A stretch of DNA of 64,000 bases from Marsupella aquatica (Eukaryota; Plantae; Marchantiophyta): positions 7,433,808 through 7,497,807 of the forward strand of contig OZ316891.1 of NCBI GenBank assembly GCA_973895155.1. Reading direction: 5' to 3'. Within the stretch, counting starts at the first letter, position 1. Each line of letters starts with the position of its first letter. The notes below the pieces were generated by a model, which was given only the letters and a program-made list of their open reading frames with translations, had not been told where the DNA came from and ran no database searches. Below are positions 58,433 to 64,000 of this stretch, one piece after another. Both the position numbers and the translations under genes were made by a program.

Positions 58433-61156
58433 TTATGGGCAGTTGCCCGACTGGTCGCAGATCGCCCCGTTGTTATCAATGTGTTTCTTAAACTTAAATA
58501 TAGTCTGTTCACCGAGGGGCTTTTCGTACTTTGGAGGATGAACGTACTTTGGAGGATGATGGCCAAATCGATCAGCTGAGGAAAATTCGGTGTCTGAACT
58601 GGGGAATGTGACGCTCACTTTGGGTAACTGTCCGAGTTCAATCTGCTCATTGATGTTAATATCTGTAGGCAACTCCCAGGGCCCAAATCTTCTACCGGTC
58701 GAGCCTGCTGGAGCACGGGCAACGGGTATGAATTTAGGGGGGATTTCGATAGTAGGAAAGCCCGACTTTGGAGAAGTTGGTGCCGTTCCAGATTGCGGAG
58801 AAGTGGACTTCGGCGAGAATGGGAAAGGTATCGTCGGAAAGCCAGGGAAGCTGAAGGAAGGTATCTGTGCAGAAGGTGGCGTTTTTGTCGGAAAGCCAGG
58901 GAAGCTGAAGGAAGGTATATGTGCAGAAGGTGGCGTTGTTGTCGGAAAGCCAGGGAAGCTGAAGGAAGGTATCTGTGCAGAAGGAGGCGTTGTTGTTCCT
59001 GGAGCGAATGCGGGAGATTCTGATTGCGGTGGTGATGATGACGGACTTAGAGTGGACGGAGGTGTTAACACTGCTGGAATGGGAATGCCGCTAGGGAAGC
59101 CTGGAACCGGAATGGGCGTTGGAGCTTGCGGTGGTGATGGCGAAGTTGTTGCCGAACCTGGAGTTGAGGTTGATGGAGAAGAGGGTGGTGGAGTTGATGA
59201 CGATGGAGGTGGGGTGCTTGGTGGTGGAGGTGACAAAGGTAGGGGGCTTGGTGGTGGAGGTGTGAGTAAAAGAGGTGGGGAGCTTGGTGGTGGAGGTGTG
59301 AGTAAAAGAGGTGGGGTGCTTGGTGGTGGAGGAGGTGTGAGTAAAAGAGGTGGGGAGCTTGGTGGTGGAGGTGAGGATAGAGGAGGGGAAGGAGGTGGGG
59401 GACTTGGGGGCGGTGAAGGCGGTGGAGGTGGTGGTGAGCGTGGGGGAAGCAAACGAGGTGGTGGGCTTTGGGGTGGAGGTGGGGGTGGTGAAGGCGTTGG
59501 AGGGGGAGGTGAGGGTGGAGGAGGTGTGAGTAAAAGAGGTGGGGTGCTTGGTGGTGGAGGAGGTGTGAGTAAAAGAGGTGGGGAGCTTGGTGGTGGAGGT
59601 GAGGATAGAGGAGGGGAAGGAGGTGGGGGACTTGGGGGCGGTGAAGGCGGTGGAGGTGGTGGTGAGCGTGGGGGAAGCAAAGGCGGTGGTGGGCTTTGCA
59701 GTGGAGGTGGGGGTGGTGAAGGCGTTGGAGGGGGAGGTGAGGGTGGAGGAGGTGAAGGAGGTGGTGGGCTTGGGGGTGGAGGTGGGGGTGAGGGAGGCGG
59801 GGGGCTTGGCGGTGGAGGTGCAGGTGGGGGTGGTGAAGGTGTTGGAGGTGGAGGTGAGGGTGGAGGGGGTGAAGGAGGCGGTGGGCTTGGGGGTGGAGGA
59901 GAGCGTGAGGGAGGTGGGGGGCTTGGTGGAGGTGAGGGTGGAGGAGGCGAAGGAGGTGGCGGGCTTGGGGGTGGAGGTGAAGGTGTTGGAGGTGGAGGTG
60001 AGGGTGGAGGTGGTGAAGGAGGTGGTGGGCTTGGGGGTGGAGGTGGGGGGCTTGGTGGTGGAGGTGCAGGTGGGGGTGGTGAAGGTGTTGGAGGTGGAGG
60101 TGAGGGTGGAGGAGGTGGTGGGCTTGGGGGTGGAGGTGAGGGTGAGGGAGGTGGGGGGCTTGGTGGCGGTGGGGAGGGTGGAGGAGGCGAAGGAGGTGGT
60201 GGGCTTGGGGGTGGATGAGAGGGTGGCTGTGGTGAAGGAGGTGGTGGGCTTGGAGGTGGGGGGCTTGGTGGGGGCGGTGAAGGTGTTGGAGGTGGAGGTG
60301 AGGGTGGAGGAGGTGAAGGAGGTGGTGGGCTTGGGGGTGGAGGTGAGGGTGAGGGAGGTGGGGGGCTTGGTGGCGGTGGGGAGGGTGGAGGAGGCGAAGG
60401 AGGTGGTGGGCTTGGGGGTGGATGAGAGGGTGGCGGTGGTGAAGGAGGTGGTGGGCTTGGAGGTGGTGGGCTTGGTGGGGGCGGTGAAGGTGTTGGAGGT
60501 GGAGGTGAAGGAGGTGGGGGGCTTGGGGGTGGAGGTGAGGGTGGAGGAGGTGACGGAGGTGACGGAGGTGGTGGGCTTGGGGGTGGAGGTGAGGGTGAGG
60601 GAGGTGGGGGGCTTGGTGGCGGTGGGGAGGGTGGAGGAGGTGAAGGAGGTGGTGGGCTTGGTGGCGGTGGGGAGGGTGGAGGAGGTGAAGGAGGTGGTGG
60701 GCTTGGGGGTGGATGAGAGGGTGGCGGTGGTGAAGGAGGTGGTGGGCTTGGGGGTGGAGGTGAGGGTGGAGGAGGTGAAGGAGGTGGTGGGCTTGGTGGT
60801 GGAGGTGAGGGTGGAGGAGGTGGAGGAGGCGAAGGAGGTGGTGGGCTAGGGGGTGGAGGTGAGGGAGGTGGGGGCCTTGGTGGCGGAGGTGAGGGTGGAG
60901 GAGGGGAAGGAGGTGGTGGGCTTGCTGCTCTTGTTGGAATGGTTACCCTAGGTGTAAGAGGAGAAGTGGTAGTGAAAACTGGAACTACAATGCCTCCAAA
61001 ATCCACAGGGGTCAATTTGTATCCTGGACCAGTCACAGTCACAGGATTGACTTGACGAGCCACAGGGGTGAAGCCGAATCCTTGACCTTCTACTCCCAAC
61101 AAACTGCAAGAGATCAATAGTACCCCGGTGAACAAAGCTGGGAGAATGGAAGCCAT
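58433..61156 (-). CDS. Secreted extensin-like hydroxyproline-rich glycoprotein, 907 aa, single coding exon
   Basis: Signal peptide MASILPALFTGVLLISCSLLGVEG, a long SPPPP array, three 18-aa PPSAQIPSFSFPGFPTTT repeats and a unique C-terminus. Confidence 0.9.
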   Translation of the reverse strand: MASILPALFTGVLLISCSLLGVEGQGFGFTPVARQVNPVTVTGPGYKLTPVDFGGIVVPVFTTTSPLTPRVTIPTRAASPPPPSPPPPSPPPPRPPPPSPPPPSPPPPSPPPPPPPSPPPPSPPPPSPPPPSPPPPSPPPPSPPPPSHPPPSPPPPSPPPPSPPPPSPPPPSPPPPSPPPPSPPPPSPSPPPPSPPPPSPPSPPPPSPPPPSPPPPSPPPPTPSPPPPSPPPPSPPPPSPPPPSHPPPSPPPPSPPPPSPPPPSPPPPSPSPPPPSPPPPSPPPPSPPPPTPSPPPPSPPPPSPPPPSPQPPSHPPPSPPPPSPPPPSPPPPSPPPPSPSPPPPSPPPPPPSPPPPTPSPPPPAPPPPSPPPPPPSPPPPSPPPPSPPPPTPSPPPPSPPPPSPPPPSPPPSPPPPSRSPPPPSPPPPSPPPPSPPPPTPSPPPPAPPPPSPPPPSPPPPPPSPPPPSPPPPSPPPPTPSPPPPPLQSPPPPLLPPRSPPPPPPSPPPSPPPPSPPLSSPPPPSSPPLLLTPPPPPSTPPLLLTPPPPSPPPPTPSPPPPPPQSPPPRLLPPRSPPPPPPSPPPSPPPPSPPLSSPPPPSSPPLLLTPPPPPSTPPLLLTPPPPSSPPLLLTPPPPSPLPLSPPPPSTPPPSSSTPPPSSPSTSTPGSATTSPSPPQAPTPIPVPGFPSGIPIPAVLTPPSTLSPSSSPPQSESPAFAPGTTTPPSAQIPSFSFPGFPTTTPPSAHIPSFSFPGFPTKTPPSAQIPSFSFPGFPTIPFPFSPKSTSPQSGTAPTSPKSGFPTIEIPPKFIPVARAPAGSTGRRFGPWELPTDININEQIELGQLPKVSVTFPSSDTEFSSADRFGHHPPKYVHPPKYEKPLGEQTIFKFKKHIDNNGAICDQSGNCP

Positions 61157-63473
61157 CTTTGAATTATAGCCGGGGTGTGTAGTTCTTCGTTTATCTACTT
61201 CTCAGCTTGCAACTGGCAAGACAACAGCATCAAGCAGGCAGATGATCCAATTAGTCCAAGAGTGGCATTAGTTTGAGAGAAACCTACTGTAGCATATTAC
61301 CTAGAGTCCAGAAAACAAGAATATTAGCTAGAGTCATAACAGTTAAAGAATATTTTCTGCTTGGAACTGGCAAGCTAGAATACACTTCAAGCAGTGAGAT
61401 CCTCTAATTAGTGAGTGCCATCACTATTTCAATTGAGAGAATTGAGGTTTCCTTACATACAATTCCAGTTGAGATATCTGTCCCAATGGGCACTTGTGGC
61501 TAAACTGGAGTTAGGTTGGAATGATCTCTTTGACAGTCACTCTTTTAACTAGCTTTTGGCTGACTGAGTGAATGTCTATCTAAACTGGCAGGACATTTTC
61601 AGATTAGGAAGAGAAGCATATGTATGAGTCCTAATCCCCTGCCTTTAGACTGTACGCACTAAGCTTCTTCTGCAAGACTAGTAAGCAATGAAATTTCAAT
61701 TCCCTGAGGAAAAATTTGAAGGCCCTAGCACATGTGAAATAGCAATCTCTTGAAGTTCGCTAGTATAATTGGTTCTCACTTTATCTAGCCTAGCGAGCGA
61801 CGGTGTTTTCATCAGCGAAGTATCTACTGGAAATCACTTCATCCACAACTTTGAACTCCCATGTCGACGTACTCTTTACAGAAATGAGAACAACCCGTTG
61901 TGTCATTTATTACACAGTTTGCACGAGGTTCCACATGCAATCTTTGGGCGACAGAAGGCTGGAGCTTGGCCCGCAGTTCTTATCGGAGAAAATGTAGGTC
62001 GGAACCTGGAACTCATTATTGTAAAGCAGGCTTCATTATAAAAACACAGACTCAGCTTCTATTTACAGTCGGAATTTATTCTCGATCTAATTTAGATATA
62101 TCAGAGCTGGGATGGAAGAGTAGAATGATACAGAATTCTCCCTGGACATAACTTGTATATGCACAACAATGGCTTAGCTTGAATTCTACATACCTTGAAC
62201 TATAAGTTAATTCAAGGATCGAGATTTCGCATTCCACGATCCAGCAGTTGTGTGGACCTCGGGTGAGGTCAGCTTCGCAGCTCGTTAGCTGCAACTTACT
62301 TGCTCCTTGAGGTCGCATGCCGGACCTCCCCTGCGTGTCTAGCTAGCCGCAGTGAGCTTGATCAGGGCGAGTCGCAGGGCCACCTGGTGTTCTCAAGTGA
62401 AGTCATCAGAAAGCTCATTTCGGGCTAGAAAATTCGGTTTGAAGCATCACGTTACTCGTACTCGCAGCTGACGGCTTTCGCCCTCTTTCTCCATTCGGAG
62501 CTCTCTTTTACCATGCAGAGATCGAGGCAGAAATGATCGAATTCCACACAAATCTTATACACACTGAAAGTGTTTACTCCGTCCCTACATGTATGTGCGA
62601 GAAAGATCAGCGTCATTCTTCAAGCTGCCTCCTTTCTTACGGTAGCTAGGACTCAAAGTACCTTCGTCGCTCGATTGATCGTCCAACTACCCTCGACCGA
62701 GATGTGATCGATTACCAACACTACTACCGTCACGACGTAGTTGCTCGATAGATCATCCATACCGTCGACCGAGATGTGCTGATTTTTTACCAACACTTCA
62801 TCTGGTGGGATGACTAATTAATCGCCCTGACATACACGAGGTAGGTTTCCCAATGCAAGCCGGATTATTATGTTCAATTCGCAACTTCATCATTGCTCGG
62901 AGCTGAATTGTCGTTCTCCCGATTATTTTCCATGAGACTTCCATCATCACTTGTGGATAGTTCAGCACTTTAGCCGGAGGTGTCACCCTGTACACATTCT
63001 CCGGTTCCGACAGTCAGGTACCTGGAACCCCGAGACAACGCCTAAACATTGACAAATTCAAAGCTTGAGTTCTGAACCACTGAGCTCAGTCTTCGATCAA
63101 CAAAGATAAGGGGTTGACGCCCTCACGAAGTTACCGGACTCTAATGGATTCCTACCATGGCCATTAAATAAGACTGTTGACTCTCCAGCCAGATAGCCAG
63201 AAGAAGCTAACATCTGGTCTCGTACTACATAATAATTTGCATACGGTAGCCACCAGCTTTTGTGGTAGACTCTCGGCAGCTATTCTAGCTAAAGGAGTTG
63301 CGATTACAGGACTCAGTCCGGCCTTTCCTGAGTACCTCAAATTAATGACGAACCTGCATAATCATGATGTCTGGCTCAATGAGTCGGTTTGGTCACTGGT
63401 AAAACGTCGTAGACCAGCTGCACTAGCGCAGTACCTCAATGAACATCAAGTTAGCACAATCAATACATGTTAC

Positions 63474-63604
63474 AAATAAATCAACCTAGAGTTGGGGTCT
63501 AGGTTTATACAGCAAGATAAATCAATCTAGAGTTGGGGTCTAGGTTGGGTCTAGGTTTATAGAGTAAAATAAATAAACCTAAAGTTGGGGTCTAGGCTTA
63601 TAGA
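63474..63604. repeat. Short degenerate tandem repeat (ATAAATCAACCTAGAGTTGGGGTCTAGGTTTATA, about 3 copies)
   Basis: Read directly from the sequence. Confidence 0.7.
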
Positions 63605-64000
63605 GGAACCTCTAGCCCTGAACCTCTAGGGGTCTTACCAAAATTATGTTCATAGAAAGAAAGATGGGATTTATGTATCTAAGGAAATGTGTATGATGTT
63701 TTTATCATCATGTCTATTGACTGTACATTCATGCTCAAAAATACTGAAAATCTGAGTCTGTGCAAGAAACTCTCCTGTGGGTCCTTTTTAGTAAAACTTG
63801 CAAAAACATTTACAATGGGTACTTCAGCAATATTCTTAGAATTTTGCTGTATAGCACTGATAGACTTATCACTGTTGACTTTGTGTCAAATAATAAAAGA
63901 ACTGAAGTAGCAGTAGGAGAAATGGAATTGCGCTGTCCTTTGTAAGGTAAAGATATTAACAGGTTTTGCACCCCCTTCTCCAATTTCACTTCCCCTATCC

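Noticed and set aside
58590-60849. Long plus-strand Gly-rich (542 aa) and Val/Glu-rich (423 aa) ORFs
   Set aside because: These are antisense shadows of the Pro/Ser codon repeats of the extensin-like gene.

Overview
Eukaryotic nuclear DNA from a plant, with GT-AG introns and LTR retrotransposons; a bryophyte-like land plant is an inference. About 1-47.7 kb is a nested transposon block. (1) A degenerate CACTA/CMC-like DNA transposon has a spliced transposase gene followed by a gene that fuses an unknown TE-associated domain to a RAD5/16-type SNF2-RING ATPase. (2) A very young, intact Athila-like Ty3/Gypsy element (2149-15701) is inserted into that transposase. It has 1391-bp LTRs, a CTTGC TSD, a TGA-CAATTA readthrough signal between protease and RT, extra 3' ORFs and arrays of a palindromic CpG motif. 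(3) A degenerate Ty3/Gypsy polyprotein carries a DNMT3-like C5 DNA methyltransferase between protease and RT, plus a C-terminal PHD finger. (4) LTR remnants, an orphan accessory ORF and a 5'-truncated Tnt1/Tork-like Copia element follow. About 48-64 kb is host sequence: a spliced plastid-type GNAT acetyltransferase gene (GNAT6-like), a 57-bp minisatellite and an SPPPP extensin-like gene. The main theme is several unrelated TEs carrying chromatin-acting cargo, one shared accessory domain, and element-specific motif arrays in non-coding DNA. All calls were made by eye; no database searches were run.
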